This document shows positions 31,686-41,200 of a stretch of DNA of 56,397 nt, one piece after another. The DNA lies in the NCBI GenBank assembly GCA_029856045.1, contig JAHQWG010000008.1, forward strand, positions 1 to 56,397. Reading direction: 5' to 3'. Under the pieces are notes generated by a model. That model was not told the DNA's origin, did no database searches, and saw only the letters and a list, made by a program, of their open reading frames with translations. The translations under genes were made by a program, and so were the position numbers. Source of the stretch: Promethearchaeia archaeon (GTDB lineage Archaea > Asgardarchaeota > Lokiarchaeia > Sigyniarchaeales > SOKP01). Each line of letters opens with the position of its first letter. The stretch's first letter is position 1.

Positions 31686-32663
31686 ATGATAAATTTGATA
31701 AATTCTAAACACGGATTAATATTTGAAATTCAGAGAATGTCTACAGAGGATGGTCCTGGAATCAGGACAACAATATTTTTTAAAGGCTGCCCCTTAAAAT
31801 GTGTATGGTGTCATAATCCTGAATCGATCTCAAAGGAGCCCCAACTTCAATGGTTTAAAAATAAATGTATTGGCTGTAATACTTGTATTGAAACTTGTCA
31901 GCAACAAGCCTTATCTTTTGGTAAAGATGGATTAAAAATAGATCGAGATAAATGTATCTCGTGTGGAAATTGTGCCGATGAGTGTCCTAGTACTGCATTA
32001 AATATGATTGGTAAAAAATGGGATCGTAATGATTTATTTCATGAGATAGAGAAGGATAAAGTTTATTATACAACATCTAAAGGTGGTATTACAGTTTCAG
32101 GAGGCGAGCCTACATTACAATCGAAATTTATAGAAGATTTTCTAAAGAAATGTAAAGAAAATAGCATCAAAGCTGCACTAGATACTTGCGGATATGCATC
32201 AAAGGAAATTTACCAAAAACTATTACCGTATGTAGATTTAGTCCTTTTTGACATCAAAGAGATTAATCCCAGAAAACATAAGGAATTTACCGGCGTTTCT
32301 AATGAGAGAATTTTAGAAAATGCTATTTGGATTTTAGATTATATAGAAAAGCATGATAAAAAAATGTGGATAAGAACGCCTTTAATTCCGAATTTTACTG
32401 CTACTGAAGAAAATATCAAAGGAATAGGAAATTTCATTGTAAATGATTTAGGGAATAAAATTGAACGTTGGGATCTTTTAGCCTTCAATTCGCTTTGCTC
32501 GGGAAAATATTCCCGATTGGGGATATCGTGGGTATTAAAGGATGAACCGTTATTAACTGATGAAAAAATGGAATATTTTTATAAAATTGCTAAAGAAATC
32601 GGTGTTATTAATGTTCAATGGTCAGGATTAACTAAAAAAATTGATTCTGAAAATAACAACTGA
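31686..32663 (+). CDS. Glycyl-radical enzyme activating enzyme (radical SAM with ferredoxin insert)
   Basis: DGPGIRTTIFFKGCPLKCVWCHNPE; two CxxCxxCxxxC motifs; SGGEP. Confidence 0.95.
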   Translation: MINLINSKHGLIFEIQRMSTEDGPGIRTTIFFKGCPLKCVWCHNPESISKEPQLQWFKNKCIGCNTCIETCQQQALSFGKDGLKIDRDKCISCGNCADECPSTALNMIGKKWDRNDLFHEIEKDKVYYTTSKGGITVSGGEPTLQSKFIEDFLKKCKENSIKAALDTCGYASKEIYQKLLPYVDLVLFDIKEINPRKHKEFTGVSNERILENAIWILDYIEKHDKKMWIRTPLIPNFTATEENIKGIGNFIVNDLGNKIERWDLLAFNSLCSGKYSRLGISWVLKDEPLLTDEKMEYFYKIAKEIGVINVQWSGLTKKIDSENNN

Positions 32664-32774
32664 ATTACTTAACAAATTTTTTCCTATCTATTTCTTCTAG
32701 CTAAATAAATATTTTTTAACCTAGCTATTTATTAATAATATAAGTTTAAGGTCAGAAATAAAATGTGATTTTTA

Positions 32775-33911
32775 TTGGATAAAATAATAATAGTCCGCTG
32801 GGACACTCAACTTGGTCCCCAGTTCATTATACAATATCCACCAGAAAAGGAAATGCCTAAGAAAGATTTATTTGTAAAAATATGGGCAAAATATGAATTA
32901 CAAAAAGAAAAATCAATCATTGTGCTTACCACAGAAGATATAGATAGGGATATAGGTAAAAAAAATATAAATTATTTGACAGTTACTCAACAATATGAAG
33001 GAGAATTATATTTTTTTATTCTTGAGTTAGAAAGATTACAAAAAGACCAAAACTTTGAAGATTATTCTGAGATATTGGGGTCTATTAGCAAGAACCTTAT
33101 TGAACTAATTCATTCTGATAAATTTATGAGAGCACTATCCGAAGGATATAATCAAATTAAGGGTTTTGTTAAATTAGAAAAAGAACAAAACATAATTAAC
33201 ATATTTAAAGATAAAATAAAAACTCATATTTTAAAAGTTCTTGAAAAGGGAGTGATTTCAAAAGTTGAACTAATAAATAAATTAAAGGAAAATTATGGTT
33301 TTTCTGGAGAAAATATTGATTTATTATTATCTTCATTTTTAAAGGAAGGGTTAATTCTTAAAAAAGATTTACCTGGAATTAAAGAATGTATATTTCTGGT
33401 TAAAGACTTAGTATGTATAAGAATTCCACCAAATTTTTCAACTTTAAATCTGGGTCACAAGAAAAAAGAAGGAAAAGAGCTTAAAGTAAGTTCCAAGAAA
33501 TTCTATAAAGATTATATTAATAAATTAAAAGAATTTTTCACTAATTTTGATGTTATAAGTGAAATTAAAGATAATACATTATATGCACTTTTCTTTAATG
33601 AAAATATTTACAATCTGATAAAAAAATTAAGAGAAACAACTATTCCAGTTGAAAAAGCATTAATAGTATTAGAAGATAAACAAGAATTATTTAATGATCT
33701 TTTGGATAAAACGATTATTTTTGAAAGAAAAGGCATGATATATTTATTTTCTGATATAAGGTTTATTAGGTTCCTTCCGATTTTTATTCTTAAAAATCTC
33801 AAGGAGCGTTATGATAACATGGAAATCACTTCAGATCAATATGTTACTCATATTGAAATTCTTTTAAATGAGTTAAATAAAGAAAAAAAAGAAATTTATA
33901 CTATTATTTAA
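32775..33911 (+). CDS. Longin/uDENN-like N-terminal domain protein with winged-helix-like segments
   Basis: IIVRWDTQLGPQFIIQYP resembles the (F/W)DxxxGP start of uDENN/NPRL2-like longins. Confidence 0.55.
   Translation: MDKIIIVRWDTQLGPQFIIQYPPEKEMPKKDLFVKIWAKYELQKEKSIIVLTTEDIDRDIGKKNINYLTVTQQYEGELYFFILELERLQKDQNFEDYSEILGSISKNLIELIHSDKFMRALSEGYNQIKGFVKLEKEQNIINIFKDKIKTHILKVLEKGVISKVELINKLKENYGFSGENIDLLLSSFLKEGLILKKDLPGIKECIFLVKDLVCIRIPPNFSTLNLGHKKKEGKELKVSSKKFYKDYINKLKEFFTNFDVISEIKDNTLYALFFNENIYNLIKKLRETTIPVEKALIVLEDKQELFNDLLDKTIIFERKGMIYLFSDIRFIRFLPIFILKNLKERYDNMEITSDQYVTHIEILLNELNKEKKEIYTII
33837..33911 (+). repeat. Direct repeat C, copy 1 (last 25 codons of 32775-33911)
   Basis: 70/75 identical to 35486-35560. 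Confidence 0.95.
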
Positions 33912-34163
33912 AATTGAAAATTTAACAATTTTATCTAGAAAAAAAGTTTATTCTAAGATTTATATTTTAGTTGTTTGCTATACTCCTATAATATGAATTG
34001 CACGATCTTTGTTCTAATGTTATGTATACGCTATATATTTTGACGGTCATATTTAAATAAAAAATTACAGATTAAAAAGATGTAAATATTTATATTTATA
34101 GCTGTTTTTAGATTAGAACTAGATATAAATAATATGATAAAAAATAAGACAAAAGTGAATTAA

Positions 34164-35435
34164 ATGAAAAATCAAAAAATCTATCTTTTTTTATCAATCT
34201 TGATTATTCTAAATTTTTGCTTCTATCTTCAAGATGCGTCTGCCAGCACCTTAATTTCAGGAGAGTGGCACAAAACTTGGGGTGAGCACCTAAGAGATCA
34301 ATTTAGGGCGGTAGCAATTGACTCTTCGGGAAATATTATCCTCGCAGGTTTCTCGGAATATATTTCAGATCAGGAACACAGTTTTTCTTATATGCGCATA
34401 CTTAAATGCGATAATGCAGGAAACCAAATATGGAGCCAGACATGGAATAATTCTCAATATGATTATTGTACCGGAATGGTTATAGATTCTTCAGACAATA
34501 TCTATCTTGGCGGCAGTAGCAGCAGACCTTCGGGACTCGCTGATATCTGTTTGGTGAAATATGATTCCGACGGTAATTACCAATGGAATCGTACATGGGG
34601 CGGAAAGGGGATCGATTTTGGTCGGGCAATTGCCTCAGACTCCTTAGGTAATTTGTATATTGCGGGAGGATCAGGAGAGTACCATGAATCTACGCATTTA
34701 TGCCTTATGAAATTTGACAGTTCGGGAGAATCACTATGGAACTTTACTTGGGATGGGGGATTCGAATCTGAGTGCTGGGCAATGATAATTGACACGTCAG
34801 ATAACATCTTTCTTGGAGGAGTCTATTATAAAGGTCCTGCTTCAATGGGATTAGATATGTGTTATTTTAAGATTAACAGTGCGGGGGTATTGCAATGGAA
34901 TAATACTTGGGGTGGAAACCAGAGCGATTTTATCAACGTAATAGCTTTAGATAGTTTGGGAAATATTTATCTTGGGGGTCATACAGAGAGTTTCAATTCA
35001 AGAGTCCATGATCATGATATGTGTTGCATTAAACTTAATGACGTGGGAGTTCAACAATGGAATATTACAATAGATAGTATAGGGCAAGAACTCTGTAGTA
35101 ATATTTTTACAGACTCTTCGGATAATATCTACTTTATTGAGTTTATAAAATATCACAATCTTTTTTTATTAAAATATAATAGTTCGGGGGTTTTATTATC
35201 AAACTATTCATTGGAGGGAAGTTATCTTGATTATTGTTATGCTACAGCAATGGATTCTGCAGAAAATATTTATCTTGCGGGAGAAGGCGGGAAGGACATG
35301 GTGCTGCTTAAGATTTCGCTGAGGACTATAACTTTCATTCCGGGATACGATTTATTTCTACTGATTGGTGTAGCCCTGACCGTTTCGCTGGTTCTCTATA
35401 AAAAGCATTATAAATCGCTGAAAAAGATTATTTAA
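34164..35435 (+). CDS. Secreted beta-propeller (SBBP-like repeat) surface protein with an IPGY-TM-basic C-terminal anchor
   Basis: Signal peptide; about seven W..TWGG...DS.GNIY..G repeats; IPGYDLFLLIG...KKHYK; GC-richer than the flanks. Confidence 0.88.
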   Translation: MKNQKIYLFLSILIILNFCFYLQDASASTLISGEWHKTWGEHLRDQFRAVAIDSSGNIILAGFSEYISDQEHSFSYMRILKCDNAGNQIWSQTWNNSQYDYCTGMVIDSSDNIYLGGSSSRPSGLADICLVKYDSDGNYQWNRTWGGKGIDFGRAIASDSLGNLYIAGGSGEYHESTHLCLMKFDSSGESLWNFTWDGGFESECWAMIIDTSDNIFLGGVYYKGPASMGLDMCYFKINSAGVLQWNNTWGGNQSDFINVIALDSLGNIYLGGHTESFNSRVHDHDMCCIKLNDVGVQQWNITIDSIGQELCSNIFTDSSDNIYFIEFIKYHNLFLLKYNSSGVLLSNYSLEGSYLDYCYATAMDSAENIYLAGEGGKDMVLLKISLRTITFIPGYDLFLLIGVALTVSLVLYKKHYKSLKKII

Positions 35436-35485
35436 ACTTTTTTTCTTTCTTTTTTGCTTATTCAGTATGATTTTGAAGAAAAAAG

Positions 35486-35560
35486 CAATATGTTAATCAT
35501 ATTGAAATTCTTCTAAAGGAATTAAATAAAGAAAAAAAAGAAATTTATACTATTATCTAA
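35486..35560 (+). repeat. Direct repeat C, copy 2 (orphan QYVNHIEILLKELNKEKKEIYTII*)
   Basis: Matches 33837-33911. Confidence 0.95.
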
Positions 35561-35578
35561 CAAGAAAATTTAAGTAAA

Positions 35579-36172
35579 TTATTGTGGTTTTGCCAATATC
35601 GCTTTTACTCGTAATGTATTGAACATACTAGTGGGGGCAGGTCTAATTAAACATACTGTATCTGCACCACGCCCTGTACCTCCAATACAGATAATATCCT
35701 TATCTAGTGATCTTATTATCCCAGCATCGACGGCCATCATTGAAATCTCAATGCAAACTTTTACACCTTGGCTAAAGTTTTCACGTAGAAAATATGCCAT
35801 CATTTCGACAAAACACCATTGATTCATTTTCATTCGAATATTTCGCTCTATTCCAGCCATAGCATGAGTCCCTGAAAAAATCTTTAGACCTTTTCTTCTT
35901 AATTCTTCCATTTTTAATTCATCGAATTCTTGGGGCACTGATTCTTCACCTCTGACTACAAAATGATAAGTGTGAGTAATTAAAACTAAATTATATTGAG
36001 TTGGATCAAAAATATCAAGAATTTTTTCCGCAGTTGTTCCAGTAGTACTTGCAAAAACTATATCTTTAATATTTAATAAATCAGCATATTTCTTAGCAAT
36101 CTGAAGCGCTTTCTCAGTATTGGCTGGTCCAGGTTTTTCAAAAATTGTTATTTCCATATTTAAATCTGGCAT
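35579..36172 (-). CDS. Pyruvate-kinase C-terminal alpha/beta-domain-like conserved protein
   Basis: FEKPGPANT, VFASTTG.TA, SQGVKVCIEI..MAVDAG, IGGTGRGADT. Confidence 0.8.
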   Translation of the reverse strand: MPDLNMEITIFEKPGPANTEKALQIAKKYADLLNIKDIVFASTTGTTAEKILDIFDPTQYNLVLITHTYHFVVRGEESVPQEFDELKMEELRRKGLKIFSGTHAMAGIERNIRMKMNQWCFVEMMAYFLRENFSQGVKVCIEISMMAVDAGIIRSLDKDIICIGGTGRGADTVCLIRPAPTSMFNTLRVKAILAKPQ

Positions 36173-36649
36173 TCAATAAAACCTTCTATTTTTTAATATG
36201 TATTATATTTCATTTATTAGATTTTAAATTTTTATATCAAATTAAAATTTATTTAAAGATTATACTATTTTAACAAAATGCGTTATAGAAATAAGTTTGA
36301 AAAGAGAATTCTATTATTTAAACTAAAACTGAGCTAAATAACTTAATAAAATTTGAAAAAAGGTTTATTTTTATATTCAATTTGAATTTTTATGAAATAT
36401 TGACCCAAATCCTTTTTTAATATATTTTAAAAATTTTACAATTAAAATTCATTATAATGTAGAAAAGGTAAGAAGAGAATACAAATTAAATACAAGGTAT
36501 AGTAAAAAACAATTAATTAATAGTCAATTTTTTAAGCTAAGATTTTAGCATTAATATTTATAATTCTTATTACGTATGATTAATTAAATTTTAATTATAC
36601 AACCATTTTCTAATTTATAGGATTAAATATCAAAAAAAAGGTTAATTCC

Positions 36650-37354
36650 ATGCTTAGAAGGAAAGAAGAACATATAAAGGGTGGTGAGAAGATTCGCAGT
36701 ATTCTTCTTGGACTTAACGATGGGTTAATATCTACTTTTACACTACTCGTCGGTGTTGCTGTAGCTACAATGGCTCTTGGAAATACTATAGTTATTTTAA
36801 CCGGTTTAGCAGAGATGTTTTCCGCAGCAATAAGTATGGGTCTTGGAGAATATATCTCATCCAAATCACAATTGAAATATTATAGGAATGAAATTATAAG
36901 AGAAAGTGCAGAGATTGATTTATTTCCCGAAGAAGAAAAATTAGAAGTTCGAGAGTCATTCGAAAAAATGGGGGTTACAGGTACAGCTCTAAATGAAGTT
37001 GTAGAGAGTATAACATCTGATAAGCAAAGATGGTTAGATTTTATGGTAAAAGATGAATTAGGTTTTTCAGATGAACCTTATAGTCCAATATTAGGGGGTA
37101 CATTAACTTTTCTAGCTTTTTTAATAGGAGCTTTTATCCCACTTTTTCCATATTTTATAGAATTAGGATTTATTTCTTTGATTATATCATCTTCTCTCTC
37201 ATTCATTATTTTATTTACGGTTGGTGCACTTAAAAAGTATATTACTGGAGAAAAATGGTTGAAGGCAGGAATAGAAATGGTAATAATTGGTGCAATTGCA
37301 TTTACAGTTTCTTATTTAATTGGATTGATATTAGAACGTATGGTTGTTGGGTAA
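36650..37354 (+). CDS. VIT1/CCC1 family transporter
   Basis: LGLNDGLIS, SMGLGEYIS, PEEEKLE, PLFPY. Confidence 0.92.
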   Translation: MLRRKEEHIKGGEKIRSILLGLNDGLISTFTLLVGVAVATMALGNTIVILTGLAEMFSAAISMGLGEYISSKSQLKYYRNEIIRESAEIDLFPEEEKLEVRESFEKMGVTGTALNEVVESITSDKQRWLDFMVKDELGFSDEPYSPILGGTLTFLAFLIGAFIPLFPYFIELGFISLIISSSLSFIILFTVGALKKYITGEKWLKAGIEMVIIGAIAFTVSYLIGLILERMVVG

Positions 37355-37368
37355 ATATAATAATTTTT

Positions 37369-37944
37369 TTAATTCATTTCGATTTTTTCATAAAAAATCG
37401 AACTATGATCACACAACGGACATTTTGATGGAATTTTGCCAATCTCAATGTTTCCACAAATTTTACAAACATAAATTTCATATTTTTTAAATAGCTTTTT
37501 TTGTGTAAGAATTTTAAAAAATTTGGTGAACAATTTTGAATGAATTTTTTCAGCCATTTTTGCTAATTTAAAAGATAATTCAGCTACATTTTCTTTATTT
37601 TTTTTTGCAGATTTTTCAAAATTTTTATACATTATTTTAAACTCATAGTTTTCACCATCAATAGCATTAAGAAGATTGGAACTCGTATCTTTAACTTGTT
37701 TATAAATCTCATCTTCATTTATTTTAACAATTTCATTCAGATTTATCGGCGACTCAATTATTGAAGATAATGCTTTTAAATGATTTTTTATATGAATGCT
37801 TTCTGCAAAAGCCGTTGCAATAAATAAATGAGCAATTTCAAGAAGGTTTTCTTTTACTGCTTGTTCGGCAAATAATTCATATTTTCGTTTAGCAATGCTT
37901 TCTCCAATTAAAGCCTCTTTTAAATTATTAATAATATTCTCCAT
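37369..37944 (-). CDS. Rubrerythrin
   Basis: GES.A...Y, AE.IH, GE.YE, AE.IH diiron motifs; CKIC...CPLC rubredoxin site. Confidence 0.92.
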   Translation of the reverse strand: MENIINNLKEALIGESIAKRKYELFAEQAVKENLLEIAHLFIATAFAESIHIKNHLKALSSIIESPINLNEIVKINEDEIYKQVKDTSSNLLNAIDGENYEFKIMYKNFEKSAKKNKENVAELSFKLAKMAEKIHSKLFTKFFKILTQKKLFKKYEIYVCKICGNIEIGKIPSKCPLCDHSSIFYEKIEMN

Positions 37945-38005
37945 AATTTTTTCTCATCTAACTTCTTGTTAACATTTCAATTCCTAAATTAGAAACATAA
38001 TAGAT

Positions 38006-38224
38006 TTATTGATGTCTATTGTATAACCTTATGCCAATAATCCCTATTATAATTAAGAGGGAATAAAGAATCATTGGAAATCCATAAAATTCTTGAAGAG
38101 TAAAATAGAAGTAAGCAAGAATTATTAATGAGAAGAATATAACAAATATACATATTGCATAAAATATACGATCAAAAATTATTTCTTTACGTAGTCTTTT
38201 TCTCATACGTAGTCTTTTTCTCAT
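38006..38224 (-). CDS. Small two-TM hypothetical protein
   Basis: GGAG upstream; two hydrophobic helices; the start carries an 18-bp tandem duplication. Confidence 0.65.
   Translation of the reverse strand: MRKRLRMRKRLRKEIIFDRIFYAICIFVIFFSLIILAYFYFTLQEFYGFPMILYSLLIIIGIIGIRLYNRHQ
38189..38224 (-). repeat. 18-bp perfect tandem duplication ATGAGAAAAAGACTACGT x2 (MRKRLR x2)
   Basis: Seen directly. Confidence 0.9.
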
Positions 38225-38279
38225 ATTAAATACTCCTTAAACCTAATTCTATTTCTTTATCTTTCTTTTAATAATAATT

Positions 38280-41200
38280 TTAATAATGTTCGCCTATATC
38301 CTCTCCAAACTTTTTTAAATCATCTAATAACAAACTAATTCGCTTCCTATTTGATAATAATAGCCTTATTTTATCGATTTCCTTTATATCCGGCATTTCA
38401 ATACCTAATCTCATCTGTTTAAATAACGTATTTGCCTGATTTATATAGGTTCTTGCTTGATTTAATAATTTACCTTCTAATGGCGTTATTGAAAGGCGTC
38501 TCTTTAATTTTGAAAAATTATAAAACCATAACATTCCACTCAATAAAATAATTAAGATAATAGCAATTATATCAAAAATATGAGGATATCTAGGATTGGG
38601 ATATTCATATTCTTCATATGATGGCTCGGGATCTTGATATATAACAGTGAATTTGAATGTTAGAGTTTCCGCAGCTAATTCTGGATGATCCAAAAGTAAA
38701 ACAAAATAATAATCACCTGTTTTATCAAACCAAGTAGTATCAAAATAGACCATAAAGTTTCCAGGTTGTGTTTCAAACATCGGGAGAATCGGTATTTCGA
38801 ATCCCATTAATGAAGCATTTATCATTGTCCCATCTTCATATACAAACCCTGAAATAAAGAATAAATCATCATCTAAATACTCTTTTATCTCATCGTAATT
38901 CAATAAATTTGCGGTTAAATAGATTTTATCCCCAGTTTTAACTGTATTATTTACAACGGATAAATTAAAATCATAAAATTTGTTAAATGCCCATTTACCA
39001 ATATTGACCGCAAATGGGCTATTACTAAAGCTTTCAAGTCCAGAAATTCCAAACATATCCTTGTCTCCTATGGCTAAAACTCTTCCTTTTCCGTATGTTG
39101 CTACCCCAATATAATCGCATAATAAATCTACATTTTCGGAATTTGCATTTAATTTTCCAATATTAACTGGATCAAGCAATTTAATGGTACCTATCCCATC
39201 AAAAAGGTTGTATAAATTGGTGCGATTATTACTAGATATAAATTTATTACCAGAATTATATCCGGAAGTAGTTAGGTTAAATTTTGTTAAGAGATTATTG
39301 ATTGTAGTAATATTATTTTCTGTATTGTTTTCGATAAAAAACACTAAAACTCCACCATTTTCAACCCATTCTATAATATCTTCAGTTTCATTTATTGAAT
39401 AAGCTGATTCTGGATCATTTAAAATTAGTACATCGAAGAGTTGTATTATGTCATGATTAATATTATTTGTCGTTATGACTTCATTTTCTAGGTAATATCC
39501 ACCAAGTATACTTCCTAATAAATTCTCCGTTCCTTCCATATCTTCGGTGAGAGATGAGAAATTTAAAGCTGTTAAATCATATTCAATACCAGGCAAGAGT
39601 GTCACAATTGTTGCGCCTTTGGGTTCCAAATTACTCCATAACTCACGTAATCCATAAAAATTCCCATAAGGATGGTCATATCTTTCATCCCATTCAAAGT
39701 TTATATCAGTTCCATTCATATATAGTGTTATATTATTATGAACTACGTCAAAAAGTGCTCTTCCACGATAATCACTTATAGTAAAATTTACTAAAAGATC
39801 ATAGAATTTCACATTTTGTGAATAAAATGAAATGTTAAATGCAATTTCTCCCGGTCTCGATATTGGAGGTGCCATAACAAATAATGGGATGCAAAAATAG
39901 GGATCGACAAGATCATAATTTAAAGTTTTATTAAAAGTCATATCAACAGAAAATGCTGGGTCTGTTTGATTATCATCTTTACTTCCGAACCCTGTTAAAA
40001 GATCTGATAATCCTGCGCTAAAATTTAGAAGAATAAAATCACAAAATTGTTTCCCGAAATCATCTATTGTAACATATAAATCCGAAATTTCAGTTAATGA
40101 GTAAATCGTAATATTATAAATACCAAGATCACCGGGGAAGAAAATTTTGAAGGGGATTTGATCAATTTTTTCAGGTGATATGAACAAGGAATTCAAATTC
40201 CAACTTTGATATTGAATATAATCAATAATAAATATATTACGCACAAGATAATTGTTGAAAATATTTTCATCGGAATTAGCTGTAAAAAATCCAAGATCAG
40301 GTCCAATTAAACTAATAATTAGTTCTAAACCTAATATCCAGCCACAAGTATAGACTCCTACGCTTGTTGGCGTCCAATTAGCATTAAATTCTAAAATATC
40401 AAATGGTTTAAGATTTTCTACCAAAAAAATAACAGAAAACACTTCTAAAACACCATATTCATTTGTTTTATTAATAGCAAATATAACTTCAGTTGAATTT
40501 ATAAGTGTCGATCCGACATTCATTATTTTTACTGAGGATTCATATCTTTCATTAAGTTTCCCAATTCTAGAAAAATCAACTTCAAGAACTATTAAATCAG
40601 TTATATTATTGTAAATTGTGATGTTTGAATTAATTAATCTCATTTGATCAATCAATGCATCATAAGCAGAACTATTATCTGTTCCAATGCCTGTTCCAAG
40701 TATTGATGTAAAATTTATTTGATCATTGGGTTGAAAATTTTCCGCCATATCCCAAATCATTGCAAATCCAGGATCTTCTAAACCCTGCTGATATGTGGAA
40801 TCATTCGCTAAATTATAGGAACCATCTTCTTGAGTTAAATCAATTAATAAATTAGTGCTATTTCCAATTTCCCAAGAACTTAAATTATGAGAAGTTGAAT
40901 TAAATCCGATGGCTGTAAAATTAGAAGTATAATCATAATAAGTATTATTATTTTCATCATAAATATAAATTAATTCATCATTTTCATCATATTGACAAAT
41001 GTCATCAAGAGATGCGGTATTATACTCCATGTAATTTGTCATATTTCCAGCAGTTTCATTTAAAAATAAATCAGCTTTAAAAAATGAGACTAATTGTAGA
41101 TTGTTAATTTGGGTAATACCTAAATTGAAAAAATACAAATTAAATTTAAATGCATTTATTCGATTAGTATAATTTTTAAAAAGATATGTATCATTTTCAT

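Noticed and set aside
34250-35290. Periodic repeats as a CRISPR array or DGR template
   Set aside because: They are degenerate protein-level propeller repeats; no constant repeat-spacer array or reverse transcriptase was seen in the window
36173-36649. Long intergenic gap as an ncRNA
   Set aside because: Extremely AT-rich, with no stable stems or repeats visible
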